From positions 7,244 to 71,243 of the forward strand of contig CAIKZC010000002.1 in NCBI GenBank assembly GCA_903831815.1: a DNA stretch of 64,000 bases, written 5' to 3'. Position numbers and translations under genes: made by a program. Numbering within the stretch: the stretch's first letter is position 1; the number at the start of each line of letters is the position of its first letter. The notes under the pieces were generated by a model, which was given only the letters and a program-made list of their open reading frames with translations, ran no database searches and had not been told where the DNA came from. The stretch comes from an uncultured bacterium. GTDB taxonomy: Bacteria > Patescibacteriota > Minisyncoccia > Phycocordibacterales > UBA11359. Shown here one piece after another: positions 1 to 10,151 of the stretch.

Positions 1-551
1 TTGCTTTGGTTAAACAAGGTTAACGCTTCGTTACCATCTCCGAAATCACTTGAAGAAATGTTCGCTAAACTATTATTCAAAATGATGGCTGTACCTTTTA
101 GATCATCGGCCACTAAATGGTCAATTTGTAAATTTTCTCCATTAGCAAAAATTGCTTGATTAGAACCTTTCAAATTCATGTGAGAAAGTGTCGATGTCCC
201 GTGGCTAAAATAGATATTCCAGTCATCATTTTCCGTGTTAGAAGAAAAATAGACCGGCAAATTTTCAGTACCGTTTACATTCAAACTGCCCAAAACCGTC
301 ATTGACCCTTTTGCGCCAGAATCATCATTAGCAAATTTAATTTCAACTCCTGGGTCTACCGACAAAGTAGCTCCTTCATATATGACCATGCCGCCTCGCA
401 CTACATACGGACTATTCACCAAATCCAAAGTAAGATTTGTGGATATTTCAGCAGGAATATTAGTATCCGCGAAAGTGACCGTTACACTAAAAAATAAACT
501 TACTAGTAAAAAGCTGATAAATACGATACCTGCATAAAATAATTTTTTCAT
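1..551 (-). CDS. Secreted protein, probable beta-helix/surface protein (3' end runs off the window)
   Basis: Open frame from ATG 551 to the window edge: MKKLFYAGIVFISFLLVSLFFSVTVTFA signal peptide, then SPYVVRGG...GATLSVDPGVEIKF, typical of parallel beta-helix surface proteins; not in the ORF track. Confidence 0.7.
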   Translation of the reverse strand, partial: MKKLFYAGIVFISFLLVSLFFSVTVTFADTNIPAEISTNLTLDLVNSPYVVRGGMVIYEGATLSVDPGVEIKFANDDSGAKGSMTVLGSLNVNGTENLPVYFSSNTENDDWNIYFSHGTSTLSHMNLKGSNQAIFANGENLQIDHLVADDLKGTAIILNNSLANISSSDFGDGNEALTLFNQS

Positions 552-575
552 GCAGAAATCATAAACAAGCACCCC

Positions 576-625
576 TAAAATATTTATAAAAAAATATTAA
601 AGAAATTCTAAAAATTTTCTAAAGA
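576..625. repeat. AT-rich 11-bp-periodic element, copy A
   Basis: TAAAATATTTATAAAAAAAT-NN-TAAAGAAAT-NN-TAAA, shared with 6278-6327 (reverse complement) and 13305-13350. Confidence 0.65.
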
Positions 626-707
626 AAAAATAAAGCAGCCATATGCTATCTTTAGAAAGATTTTATTTCTCGTTCATTAGTATTTTCTACAGAATTTCAG
701 AATATTA

Positions 708-842
708 TTATCGCGCTGCCACCGAAGCGTCGATACTATCTTGATAATATCCGGAAAAGGCCATTATGGCGAAACTCACGCTTATAATAAGTATGAAACC
801 AATCGCGAACCTAAAAAAAGTTTTGTCGAAAAGGTCTAACAT
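708..842 (-). CDS. Small single-TM membrane protein (44 aa)
   Basis: MLDLFDKTFFRFAIGFILIISVSFAIMAFSG; TGTTATAAT lies 6 nt upstream of ATG 842. Confidence 0.6.
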   Translation of the reverse strand: MLDLFDKTFFRFAIGFILIISVSFAIMAFSGYYQDSIDASVAAR

Positions 843-856
843 GAAATAATTATAAC

Positions 857-888
857 AAAAACCCCGACCTCTTACGAGGTCGGGGTTT
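857..888 (-). terminator. Intrinsic terminator of 911..2653
   Basis: 10-bp stem ccccgacctc/gaggtcgggg followed by a T tract on the minus strand. Confidence 0.8.
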
Positions 889-910
889 AAGCTTTTAAGC
901 AATCCGAAAA

Positions 911-2653
911 TTATTCTCCATTAAGGATCTCACGAGTCATCGGTCCAACTCGGCCCGGTGTCGGCAAACCCTTTGCTTTTTGGAATTTAATAACAGCCGC
1001 CTTGGTTAAACCACCAAAGTATCCTTTAGCCACTCCGTTTGGCATAACTAGGAAACCGCTATTTTCAAGGAAAGTCTGGAGTGCCGAAACATCATCGCCT
1101 TCCGAGCCAACAAAGAGGTCTCGTGAAAGTTTTGTTGCCAATGAATGCGAAGAAGGTGTCGCAGGCACGGCCGGACTAACTCCCGGCACGGCAGGTGTTG
1201 CAGGTACCGCAGCATTAGGATTTCTTGCGCTGCTTCCACCACCATGAGAACCACTACTTCCATTAGCGCTTATAATGTAGACCTTAGTCATTAAACTAGA
1301 AACGTTGGAATACGCATCGCATCCGACCGCTTTCAAAACAAGGCTTCGGCTAATAGTTAAGGCAGAGCTATACAAATTACCGCTGGCACAAGCAGGAATC
1401 GTACCATCGTTCGTATAATAGATATTTGCAGCACCAACCGAAGAAAGAGTTGCTGTTGTTTCATGAGAATAAACCGTACTTGCGTCAAGACTGGAAACTG
1501 GAGTTACAGGAGACAATGCATCAGTTATCGAAGTTGTAGCAGTTGAAGTAAATGCATTTCCGGCAACATCTGTTACCGCACTTGTAGGCGCAATAGTATC
1601 ACCGCTTTGTACAGTCGCAGTAGAACCTAGAGTTACGGTTACCTCAGTATTTGTTGGACTGTTCCAAGCCAATGTTGAATTTCCAAATGTATGAGCATCT
1701 AACCCAAGAGTTGTCGTGGAAACTGTAGATGTATCTATTTTTTCGTCAAAAGTAATCTTTATATCATCACCAACTGAAATATTAGTATTATGATCATTAT
1801 CCGTCGTTGAATCCCAAAGTACACTTGATACCGTTGGTGCAGTCGTATCATAAGTTACGCCAGTTACAGTCGTTGTTGCCGAAACGTTTCCCGTTGCGTC
1901 AGTTGCACTTCCAAAACTAAAAGTATAAACCGAACCATTCACAAGTGTCATTGCAGATACACATCCATTTGTAAGACTGGTTAAGTTAAGCGCTGAATGT
2001 GTTCCATAAGTGAGAGCCGATCCTGCAAGAACACATGAGTGCACGCTTGCATCTGCTGTTCCACCAGTACTTGAAGCGACAATGAGACCAGAAGCGACCG
2101 CTTCACTCAAAGAATAGCTCACATCCGAGGATGTTGTGGCAACACTATTAATATATGCGTTTGTTGTAGGAGAAGTCACAGTAATAGTGGGGACCTGCGC
2201 ATCCGCAATAGCAATTGAAGCACTATGCAATACCACCGCGTTTGTTGAACTACCAAGAGTTGTAACCAGACCACTAGCCGCAACATACAAACCATGAGAC
2301 GCATCATAACTTGCGCTGGTTGAAGCGAATGAACCTTGTGCAAAAGTAAGAGTTATTGTCCAAGGCGCAGATCCATTATGTGTAATCGCAGCACTTATAG
2401 GACCAAGCGGAGTTGAACCATTAGTATTCTGATCAATGTGCCAAGAAGAGCTGGCCACGGAAAAAAGATCACCGTCATTGCCGGCACCCATTTTGGTTGG
2501 ATCAAGTGTGACGAGCACCGTACTTGAAGATGTAATACTGACTGTCGATATTGTAGTAGAGGCCACGGCCGCAGAAGCCATCACCGGCACAACAAAAAGC
2601 ATCGACACGGAAAAAAATCCAATTGCCAACATAACGATTTTTTTGTAATTCAT
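911..2653 (-). CDS. Secreted surface protein: Ser/Thr-rich Ig-like repeats, chitobiase/Fn3-associated domain, C-terminal peptidoglycan-binding domain
   Basis: Signal peptide; DTTAPTV motif; IYYTNDGTIP; LFVGSEGDDVSALQTFL...GYFGGLTKAAVIKFQ (PG_binding_1-like). Confidence 0.8.
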   Translation of the reverse strand: MNYKKIVMLAIGFFSVSMLFVVPVMASAAVASTTISTVSITSSSTVLVTLDPTKMGAGNDGDLFSVASSSWHIDQNTNGSTPLGPISAAITHNGSAPWTITLTFAQGSFASTSASYDASHGLYVAASGLVTTLGSSTNAVVLHSASIAIADAQVPTITVTSPTTNAYINSVATTSSDVSYSLSEAVASGLIVASSTGGTADASVHSCVLAGSALTYGTHSALNLTSLTNGCVSAMTLVNGSVYTFSFGSATDATGNVSATTTVTGVTYDTTAPTVSSVLWDSTTDNDHNTNISVGDDIKITFDEKIDTSTVSTTTLGLDAHTFGNSTLAWNSPTNTEVTVTLGSTATVQSGDTIAPTSAVTDVAGNAFTSTATTSITDALSPVTPVSSLDASTVYSHETTATLSSVGAANIYYTNDGTIPACASGNLYSSALTISRSLVLKAVGCDAYSNVSSLMTKVYIISANGSSGSHGGGSSARNPNAAVPATPAVPGVSPAVPATPSSHSLATKLSRDLFVGSEGDDVSALQTFLENSGFLVMPNGVAKGYFGGLTKAAVIKFQKAKGLPTPGRVGPMTREILNGE

Positions 2654-2753
2654 ATTAAACGAACTTATTAATAATAAAAACATACACGCAAAGGAGACTT
2701 CCCTTTTCGTTAATCAAATTATACAGTATGTGGAACAATCTTTATATCAAAAG

Positions 2754-2762
2754 TTATCCACA
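2754..2762 (+). promoter_or_regulatory. Perfect DnaA-box sequence
   Basis: Intergenic TTATCCACA; function not established. Confidence 0.4.
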
Positions 2763-2776
2763 GTTATAAATTCAGG

Positions 2777-2810
2777 CAACAAAAAACCGCCCTAAGGCGG
2801 TTTTTTGTTG
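2777..2810 (-). terminator. Intrinsic terminator
   Basis: caacaaaaaaccgcc-ctaa-ggcggttttttgttg perfect hairpin downstream of 2849..4711. Confidence 0.85.
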
Positions 2811-2848
2811 AGCGAATAAATGGTTAAACCATCTATAAGCTTGAGCTG

Positions 2849-4711
2849 CTAGTAAGCTGGGGTCTCAACTAGATTTGCAATAGCAGTATTTGCTACGTTC
2901 GTGATTGTACCACGTACTAATCCAGTTACACCACCGGCAGATGCCAACTTTACAGTAAGAGTAAAGTTTGCAGTATCACCAGCAGAGATGGTGAAGTCAT
3001 TCGAACCATCCTTTGTCAAATCAGTGCTGTCAAGTACAGCATCAGTTGTAGTTGCGCCTGTAACATTGAAGACGACAACCTTTGCGCCAGCTGATTGGCT
3101 AGCCTGACCTGATGTCTTTCCAGTACCGAACTGATCTTGTGAAAGGGTAATATCGCTGTCACCCAAAGCTGCAACTTGGAAGGTCATCTTTAGGGTTCCA
3201 TCAATATGATCAGTTACGTTTGGAGCTACGTAAGAGCTAGATACAAGTCGTACCTGTGGTCCTGCGATAGCGAATGATTGTGTTTCGCCAGCTGCTGAAC
3301 CGGTAGGATTGATAGCATCGCCATTTGAATCCTCAGGAGCAAAAGCATCTGTTGAATCTGTATAACTTACAGAAGCAGTAGCTGCATCGCTTGATCCGAA
3401 GTTGGTTGAATCATTAACAGTTGCGTAAACACGGAAGACTGCAGTTGTGTTTGCGGCAATATTGAATGTGTCATCCAAGTTGAATGTAGCTGCTTGACCA
3501 CTTGTAAGTGTTGATCCATCGATAGTTGCGAGAACGGTTGAACCATTTCGAAGTTGCAATTCACCAATAACTCCTGGAGTACTTGTAGAAGTAGTTGGAG
3601 TTACTTGAATTGAATCGAATGATACAGCTGAATCGCTAGCCTTGACTTTGAATTCAAGCATCAAAACATCCTTTGTTGAAGCGGTGTCTGATACTTCAAC
3701 TCTCTGTGCTAATGGACTTCCTGAACCCTTTGAAACAACAACTTTAGCATTGCCTGATAGGGCTAGGCTAGTGAATTTGAAGGTCGCAGTTTGTGAGTTT
3801 GGATTCTCGGTAAGAATAGCACCAGTCGAATCTGTGAATCGAATGTTGCTGACAGTAAGAGTCCAGTTTGCATTAAAGTCGGTGGTGTCGATATTTTCGA
3901 CAGCATCAACAGTGACATAGAAGGTCTTCTTGTTGCCTGAACCGTCTCGAACAACTGCGTTTGAAAGCGAAATTGTCTTTGAGTAGGCATTACCAGACTT
4001 CGTGAAGTCAGCTACATCAGCTGAACCGATCTTGGTTGAACCATCCCATACGCTAACAGTGTTAACATATCGGCTAAGTCGTAGTGATGATGCGCTTGCG
4101 CCATCAGCTAGGAAGCTAACCTTAACGCTGGTAACAGCGATGTCAGATCCATCAGCCTCAACCTTGAAGCCGTAAACCTTAACATTGCTTGAACCTTCGT
4201 CAACAGATGACTCAACATCAGTTGCGGTCTTTGTAACAGTTGCGCTACCTGCGCCACCATTAAGAGAACCGTTTGATGCGCCTGGAGCTGACATACAGTT
4301 GCTTGCCAATGTCATACCATTTGGACATAGAGCACCTGCAGCTGCGCCTGGGGCAGTTGAACAGTTACTTGCTAGTGTCTTGCCATTTGGGCAAAGAGCA
4401 CCTGCAGCTGGAGCGCCGTTAAGAGCACCTCGAGTTATAGAACCAACGAAACCAGCTGCTGGCGTAATGCCATTTGCAACTTGGTATTTGATAACAGCAG
4501 CCTTTGTTGCAGCACCGAAGTATCCCATGCTGACGCCAGCTGGCATTGTCAAATAACCACCGCTAACGAGGGTTGTTTGAAGTGCAACTACGTCTGCACC
4601 TGTACTACCAACTGTAAGATTTGTATTGATTGCTGCGCTTGCAACAGTTGTGATGGTCAAAGCCATTGCAACTACGAAAGCTACGGCAAGAATTTTTGTA
4701 GATAATTTCAT
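2849..4711 (-). CDS. Major surface/S-layer-like protein with N-terminal peptidoglycan-binding domain
   Basis: Signal peptide; NLTVGSTGADVVALQ...GYFGAATKAAVIKYQ; two ALCPNGxTLASNC repeats; beta-rich Ala/Ser/Thr body; long upstream intergenic region. Confidence 0.8.
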   Translation of the reverse strand: MKLSTKILAVAFVVAMALTITTVASAAINTNLTVGSTGADVVALQTTLVSGGYLTMPAGVSMGYFGAATKAAVIKYQVANGITPAAGFVGSITRGALNGAPAAGALCPNGKTLASNCSTAPGAAAGALCPNGMTLASNCMSAPGASNGSLNGGAGSATVTKTATDVESSVDEGSSNVKVYGFKVEADGSDIAVTSVKVSFLADGASASSLRLSRYVNTVSVWDGSTKIGSADVADFTKSGNAYSKTISLSNAVVRDGSGNKKTFYVTVDAVENIDTTDFNANWTLTVSNIRFTDSTGAILTENPNSQTATFKFTSLALSGNAKVVVSKGSGSPLAQRVEVSDTASTKDVLMLEFKVKASDSAVSFDSIQVTPTTSTSTPGVIGELQLRNGSTVLATIDGSTLTSGQAATFNLDDTFNIAANTTAVFRVYATVNDSTNFGSSDAATASVSYTDSTDAFAPEDSNGDAINPTGSAAGETQSFAIAGPQVRLVSSSYVAPNVTDHIDGTLKMTFQVAALGDSDITLSQDQFGTGKTSGQASQSAGAKVVVFNVTGATTTDAVLDSTDLTKDGSNDFTISAGDTANFTLTVKLASAGGVTGLVRGTITNVANTAIANLVETPAY

Positions 4712-5027
4712 ATTTATAATTAATTAATACTGACCTTATAATTTTTCTCTTTATTTTTTAAATATTGTTAATGCGAGAAAAATTATTCTTACTTCTTACA
4801 ACAGAGTATTGATTAAAAACTTTTTAAACAATAAGTCTGTCGCCTTTGACTAAGTCTTAGTACTTCAGTATCGCCTAAAGTAAAAAGATTAGTTGGATAA
4901 TTTGGACCGATTTTCTAGAGCTAACAACCATGAAGGAAAAAGATATTCGGAAGAATTTTTAACATCGTTTATTAAATTGTCAACGTTCTTATTCGTACTG
5001 AAAAATACTCCGTTCGCTTGTACAGAT

Positions 5028-5055
5028 ATGACGGTAACATAACCTAAATGTTACA
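5028..5055 (-). promoter_or_regulatory. Candidate ECF-sigma promoter
   Basis: TGTAAC-N16-CGTCAT, the same pattern as TGTAAG-N16-CGTCTA in front of the ECF sigma gene (38818-38845). Confidence 0.5.
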
Positions 5056-5171
5056 GAAATTATCTATCCAAAAAAACGTTAGATTACAACGCAATATGGG
5101 CATATATTAATACACGCCAATAATGCATAGGAATCATTATATATCTTGGCCTATAACCGTGCAAATGAGGC

Positions 5172-5180
5172 TGTGGATAA
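5172..5180 (-). promoter_or_regulatory. Perfect DnaA-box sequence
   Basis: TGTGGATAA on plus, inside the palindrome TGTGGA-TAAC-TCCACA. Confidence 0.4.
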
Positions 5181-5245
5181 CTCCACAATTAGCCCTATTT
5201 TCACGGCCGCCCAATCATCGCATATTTAGGCCGAAAAGTCAAAAA

Positions 5246-6073
5246 CTAAACCAGGGAATAGAGGCTCCAACGGCGCTCCCCTGTTTTCTTAAGGACACCA
5301 GTAGCGACAAGCGAAATTAACTCTCTCTGGATCGTTTTTTCACTGCAATCTTTGATCTCTCGTGCAAAATCTTTGATACCCAGCGTTTTACCATCATTTA
5401 ATAGTCTAATTATATTATCGTGACGACTGTTCTTTATGTCCTTTATATTGTCTTTTTGCACTTGTTGTGTCTGTTTGTCCTTTACACTTTCCGATGTCCT
5501 ATAGTGTCCTTTAGTAGGAAATAGCTTTGCTAAAGGATAATTTGATGGTGATGAAACAGATGAGACTTGTGACGAAATTCCAGAATTGTTGATCGAATTA
5601 CCAATCGGGGTTGCCACGTTGAAAAAATCTTGTGGAAAAACCGAAGAACCATTTGCGGTGATTTCTTCGTGAATATTTTGCAAATTGTCCATAAGCAAAA
5701 CGAGCTCCTTTTGAATGATGGAATAATTCATAGAGGAAATATGATCTGCCGTTGACGCAATTTTTAGCAAAGAAATCGTTTCAGACATGGATGACATAAG
5801 ATTGATAAGAGTTTGTCTTGATTGCACTACAGTTGTCTTTTTGAGCGACAAAACATCCGACATTAGTCCTATAGAAAGTTTACGGATCTGAAGTTTGATT
5901 GGTTCCGTGTCCGATATTAAATTGGTTATAAGATAAAGGGCAGCGATAATTTTTTCTGTCTTTTTGAAAATGAAGAGATACGCAGGGTCACTAAAGATTA
6001 CCTTTGACTGGATTTTATCAAGGCTTTTTTCATCATATTTCTTTAAATAGCTATCCTGATGTTTGGAGACCAT
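5246..6073 (-). CDS. Four-helix-bundle (IVP/Avd-like) domain, linker and C-terminal winged HTH (DeoR-like)
   Basis: ALYLITNLISDTEPIKLQIRK...SETISLLKIA...NYSII resembles four-helix-bundle proteins; C-term RHDNIIRLL...SEKTIQRELISLVATGVLKKTGERRWSLY is wHTH-like. Confidence 0.75.
   Translation of the reverse strand: MVSKHQDSYLKKYDEKSLDKIQSKVIFSDPAYLFIFKKTEKIIAALYLITNLISDTEPIKLQIRKLSIGLMSDVLSLKKTTVVQSRQTLINLMSSMSETISLLKIASTADHISSMNYSIIQKELVLLMDNLQNIHEEITANGSSVFPQDFFNVATPIGNSINNSGISSQVSSVSSPSNYPLAKLFPTKGHYRTSESVKDKQTQQVQKDNIKDIKNSRHDNIIRLLNDGKTLGIKDFAREIKDCSEKTIQRELISLVATGVLKKTGERRWSLYSLV
5428..5513. repeat. Intragenic cluster of TGTC(C/T)T(T/A)TA-like direct repeats
   Basis: tgttcttta, tgtccttta, tgtcttttt, tgtccttta, tgtcctata, tgtccttta. 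Confidence 0.65.
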
Positions 6074-6087
6074 ATTAGTGTTTTAAA

Positions 6088-6192
6088 TGTCTTATATAGA
6101 TTACGTGTCCTTTACTTACCTGTCCTATAACATTTCCACCTGTCTTTTAAAATAAATTAGAACGAATTTATGTCCATTATAGTATAGGACAA
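6088..6192. promoter_or_regulatory. Operator-like TGTCCT box cluster overlapping a sigma70 promoter
   Basis: tgtcttata, tgtccttta, tgtcctata, tgtctttta, tgtccatta plus an inverted copy; the minus strand reads TTGACG...TGTCC-tatactataat-GGACA. Confidence 0.6.
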
Positions 6193-6277
6193 AGTTGAGC
6201 GTCAATATATACAAATTTGATAAATGTGCTCTTGATAGGGCACACTATCTTAAGATAAGATAAAATCTTTCTTGAGG

Positions 6278-6327
6278 TCTTTATGGAAATTTTAATATTT
6301 CTTTAGAATTTTTTTATAAATATTTTA
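6278..6327. repeat. AT-rich 11-bp-periodic element, copy C (upstream of ftsK)
   Basis: Reverse complement TAAAATATTTATAAAAAAATTCTAAAGAAATATTAAA. Confidence 0.65.
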
Positions 6328-6383
6328 TCCCCTCTAGTATATGTTTATTATGTCCTCGTATGATATTATTACTCTAAACACAT

Positions 6384-8636
6384 ATGAGCAAACGAAATAA
6401 ATCATCAAAAGAAAATGACAATGAGGCTATGAGTCACCTCAAAGAAAAGACTCTCCATGCAATCGTAGCAGTCACACTCTTTGTTATCGCAATCTACTTT
6501 GTTCTTTCCGCAATCAGTCTGGCCGGTCGAGCTGGCATTGATACGTATATCATCTTCTCTCAACTTTTTGGTGTCGGATATTATCTCATACCTATCGTTC
6601 TTATTATTCTAGGTATCTCGTTCTTTAGATCAGCTCAGCAGAAGATCGCCATGTGGCAATCGATCGGTGGGCTAGTCTTGTTCTTGTCCGGACTCGGTAT
6701 CATCTCGACTATCTCTTTTATGATCTCAAAGGATCTAAGTCTTGTCGGCGGTGTTGTCGGCTACTATGTTTCTTTGCCGCTCATTAAAATATTTTATGTG
6801 TATTTCACCTTAGTATTTCTGTTAGCACTGGTTCTCATATCAATACTAGTAATCTTTGACGTGCACCTCGCCGATTTGATCTGGTGGCGTAAAGATGAAG
6901 ACGAAGAAAATGAAAAGAAAGATGCTAAAGGAGTTTCAGCCGACCTTGATGCAGCGGAACTCAAAAAAATGGATGAGGCTCGCAAAGCCAGTGACAAAAA
7001 TACCGCTAATAATGACGATAAACAAAAACTCAAAGACGCGACCGACACCAAGAACAAACAGGACGAGTTTACTTTATCAATGCCAGCGCATATCGGGAGA
7101 GTTAGCCATAATGAATTCGTGCCACTCCCCCTCTCTCTCCTTGAAGGCGATAAAGGCAAACCGGGAGTCGGAGACATCAAGGCCAATGCCAACATTATTA
7201 AGCGCACACTTCAAAACTTCGGTATCTCAGTTGAAATGGATGAAGTTTCGATCGGACCTTCTATCACTCGCTATGCCCTGAAACCTGCCGAGGGTGTAAA
7301 ACTTTCTCGCATCGTCGCTTTACACAACGACCTCGCTCTCGCTCTCGCCGCTCACCCGATCCGTATCGAAGCACCTATCCCCGGTAAATCGCTCGTCGGT
7401 ATTGAAATTCCAAATAGTGTCAAAACAACAGTCGGTCTTGCCAATCTTATCGGTGATCCGGAATATCAGAATTCCAACAAGCCGCTCCTTGTCACTTTAG
7501 GTAAAGGTATTTCTGGAAAGTCCTATTTTGCCAACCTTGGCAAAATGCCTCACCTTCTTATCGCCGGCGCCACCGGTTCCGGTAAGTCCGTGACCATTCA
7601 CGCCATCATCACCTCTCTGCTTTATCGCAACACGCCAGAAAATCTCAAATTCATCATGATTGACCCAAAGCGTGTTGAACTCACGCTTTACAACAAAATC
7701 CCTCATCTACTCACTCCGGTCGTGACTGAAGCCAAAAAAGCTATCCTGGCACTCAAATGGGCGGCAAAAGAAATGGATAGACGTTACGATATTCTGGAAT
7801 CAGAATCCGTGCGAGACATTGAGTCATATCATAAAAATATTCTGGCTCCAGCCGTTAAAAAACTTGATGATGAGGAAAGGGCCGAGCTCGAAGCCGCAGG
7901 CAAAATACCGGAAACCCTTCCATATATTGTCATTGTCATCGATGAATTGGCCGATATCATGCAAGCCTATCCCCGCGAGTTGGAATCTGCCATTGTTCGC
8001 CTCGCTCAGATGTCCCGCGCTGTTGGTATTCACCTCATCGTTTCAACCCAACGTCCTTCAGTCAACGTCATTACCGGTCTTATTAAAGCCAACATCCCTG
8101 CCCGCATTGCCCTCCAGGTGTCATCTCAGATCGATTCTCGTACGATTTTGGATGCATCGGGTGCAGAAAAATTGCTCGGCGCTGGCGATATGCTCTTCCA
8201 GTCTGGCGATATGTCTCAACCAAACCGTATTCAATCTGCCTTTATTTCCGAAACTGAGCTCAAAAATGTCGTAAAATTCCTCGTTGAAAACAATGATGCA
8301 ATCCCAGAAGCTGGTATCGATCTCAGCAACACCCAACCACAAGAAAAGAATTCGATTTTTGACGCGGTCAATAACGCAGATGAATTTGGAGACGATGACG
8401 ATGATTTATATGAGCAAGCTCGAGAAGAGATAATTCACGCCGGCAAAGCTTCAACTTCATATCTTCAAAGAAAACTACGTATCGGTTATGCTCGTGCCGC
8501 TCGCCTCATGGATATGATGGAAGAGCGTGGAGTAATCGGTGCAGCCGACGGTTCACGACCTCGCGATGTGATTGCCGACAAACCTAGCGAAACAACAGGT
8601 GCGGAGAGTACAGAAAATCTGCCACCTGCGGCCTAA
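6384..8636 (+). CDS. ftsK: DNA translocase FtsK/SpoIIIE
   Basis: N-terminal TMs; PHLLIAGATGSGKS; IVIDELAD; TQRPSV; C-terminal gamma domain LQRKLRIGYARAARL. Confidence 0.97.
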   Translation: MSKRNKSSKENDNEAMSHLKEKTLHAIVAVTLFVIAIYFVLSAISLAGRAGIDTYIIFSQLFGVGYYLIPIVLIILGISFFRSAQQKIAMWQSIGGLVLFLSGLGIISTISFMISKDLSLVGGVVGYYVSLPLIKIFYVYFTLVFLLALVLISILVIFDVHLADLIWWRKDEDEENEKKDAKGVSADLDAAELKKMDEARKASDKNTANNDDKQKLKDATDTKNKQDEFTLSMPAHIGRVSHNEFVPLPLSLLEGDKGKPGVGDIKANANIIKRTLQNFGISVEMDEVSIGPSITRYALKPAEGVKLSRIVALHNDLALALAAHPIRIEAPIPGKSLVGIEIPNSVKTTVGLANLIGDPEYQNSNKPLLVTLGKGISGKSYFANLGKMPHLLIAGATGSGKSVTIHAIITSLLYRNTPENLKFIMIDPKRVELTLYNKIPHLLTPVVTEAKKAILALKWAAKEMDRRYDILESESVRDIESYHKNILAPAVKKLDDEERAELEAAGKIPETLPYIVIVIDELADIMQAYPRELESAIVRLAQMSRAVGIHLIVSTQRPSVNVITGLIKANIPARIALQVSSQIDSRTILDASGAEKLLGAGDMLFQSGDMSQPNRIQSAFISETELKNVVKFLVENNDAIPEAGIDLSNTQPQEKNSIFDAVNNADEFGDDDDDLYEQAREEIIHAGKASTSYLQRKLRIGYARAARLMDMMEERGVIGAADGSRPRDVIADKPSETTGAESTENLPPAA

Positions 8637-8640
8637 CATC

Positions 8641-9084
8641 ATGACGGCTTCCCAAAAACTCATTCTTAAAATTTCAATAGTCATCATAACCCTATTGCTC
8701 ATTTTGGGTTATGGACTATTTCAGGCTCGCAACCTCATAAACGGACCGGAAATCAGCGTTTCAACGCCAAAAAATGGCGAGAACCTATCTAACCCTCTCA
8801 TTGTGGTGGCCGGTTCAGCAAACAACATCACTCACATTAGTCTCAACGATCGACAGATCTTTGTTGACAAACAAGGCAATTTCTCGGAGAAATTGCTGGT
8901 GCCTTCCGGCTATACTATAATTAAGCTAGAGGCACAGGATAAATTTGGCCGAAGCACAAAAAAGCTTATCGAGCTAAATTACACTGCTCCGCAGGCAAGT
9001 AGTACGTTAATCGGTAATGCAAGTACAACTGGCATGACCGCAACAAGTACCGTAGCCACAAGCACACAGAAGATTATTCAGTAA
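8641..9084 (+). CDS. Membrane-anchored Ig-like domain protein
   Basis: N-terminal TM, then GPEISVSTP...GNFSEKL...AQDKFGR; likely ATG start at 8641. Confidence 0.75.
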   Translation: MTASQKLILKISIVIITLLLILGYGLFQARNLINGPEISVSTPKNGENLSNPLIVVAGSANNITHISLNDRQIFVDKQGNFSEKLLVPSGYTIIKLEAQDKFGRSTKKLIELNYTAPQASSTLIGNASTTGMTATSTVATSTQKIIQ

Positions 9085-9095
9085 TTACAAAATTT

Positions 9096-10139
9096 ATGGC
9101 AAAATTTGGAAAAGAAAAAGCTCCCCCAAAAGAAAGTAACGCAAGCATTAAAGATACGTTGGACGCGATTCGCACAAAGTTCGGTGATGAGTCTATTATG
9201 ATGCTTGGCGAAAAACCAAGAGTTGATATCAACGCCATCTCTACCGGTTCAATTGGACTAGATGCCGCACTTGGTGTTGGCGGACTCCCCCGCGGTCGTA
9301 TCATCGAAATTTTTGGACCAGAGTCATCTGGTAAAACAACTTTGGCTTTGCATGTCATCGCCGAAGCCCAGAAAAAAGGTGGTATCTGCGCCTTTATTGA
9401 TGCTGAGCATGCTATGGATCCTGTTTACGCCGGAAACTTAGGCGTAAAAATTGGAGAATTACTTTTGTCACAACCAGATACAGGTGAACAAGGTTTAGAG
9501 ATTTGTGAATCATTAGTCCGTAGCGGCAAGCTTGACGTGATTGTTATCGACTCTGTCGCAGCGCTGACTCCAAAGGATGAAATTGAAGGAGATATGGGTG
9601 CACAGCACGTCGGCAAGCAAGCTCGACTTATGTCGCAAGCTTTGCGTAAATTGACCGCTATTGTCGCCCGCTCAAAAACTATTGTTATCTTCATCAACCA
9701 GATTCGTATGCAAATTGGTGTGATGTTCGGTAATCCGGAAACAACTCCTGGCGGAAAGGCTCTCAAGTTTTACACTTCCGTTCGTTTGGATATCCGTCGC
9801 ATCGCTCAAATTAAAAAAGGTGAAGAAGTTGTGGGTGGACGTTGCCGCGTGAAGGTTGTAAAGAACAAAGTCGCTGCCCCATTCCGTCAGACCGAATTTG
9901 ATTTGATTTACAACGAAGGTATTTCCAAGGAAGGTGAAATTATCGCCCTCGGTGAGAAAATGGGCTTGATTAAAAAAACTGGTATCAGTTATGCCTATGG
10001 TGATGAGAAATTGGGACGAGGCTATGATGCTACTCGTACGTTTTTGAAAGAAAATACCAAAGTTTCGGACAAGATTCTGAAAGAGATTCGTGAACAACTG
10101 GCTAAAGGAGATGTGAAAATGGAAAGTGGTGGAGAGTAA
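9096..10139 (+). CDS. recA: Recombinase A
   Basis: [32 protein letters not shown]. Confidence 0.99.
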   Translation: MAKFGKEKAPPKESNASIKDTLDAIRTKFGDESIMMLGEKPRVDINAISTGSIGLDAALGVGGLPRGRIIEIFGPESSGKTTLALHVIAEAQKKGGICAFIDAEHAMDPVYAGNLGVKIGELLLSQPDTGEQGLEICESLVRSGKLDVIVIDSVAALTPKDEIEGDMGAQHVGKQARLMSQALRKLTAIVARSKTIVIFINQIRMQIGVMFGNPETTPGGKALKFYTSVRLDIRRIAQIKKGEEVVGGRCRVKVVKNKVAAPFRQTEFDLIYNEGISKEGEIIALGEKMGLIKKTGISYAYGDEKLGRGYDATRTFLKENTKVSDKILKEIREQLAKGDVKMESGGE

Positions 10140-10151
10140 ATAAATCGCTAC

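Noticed and set aside
2754-5180. DnaA boxes as oriC
   Set aside because: Only two perfect boxes 2.4 kb apart, and no dnaA or dnaN in the window
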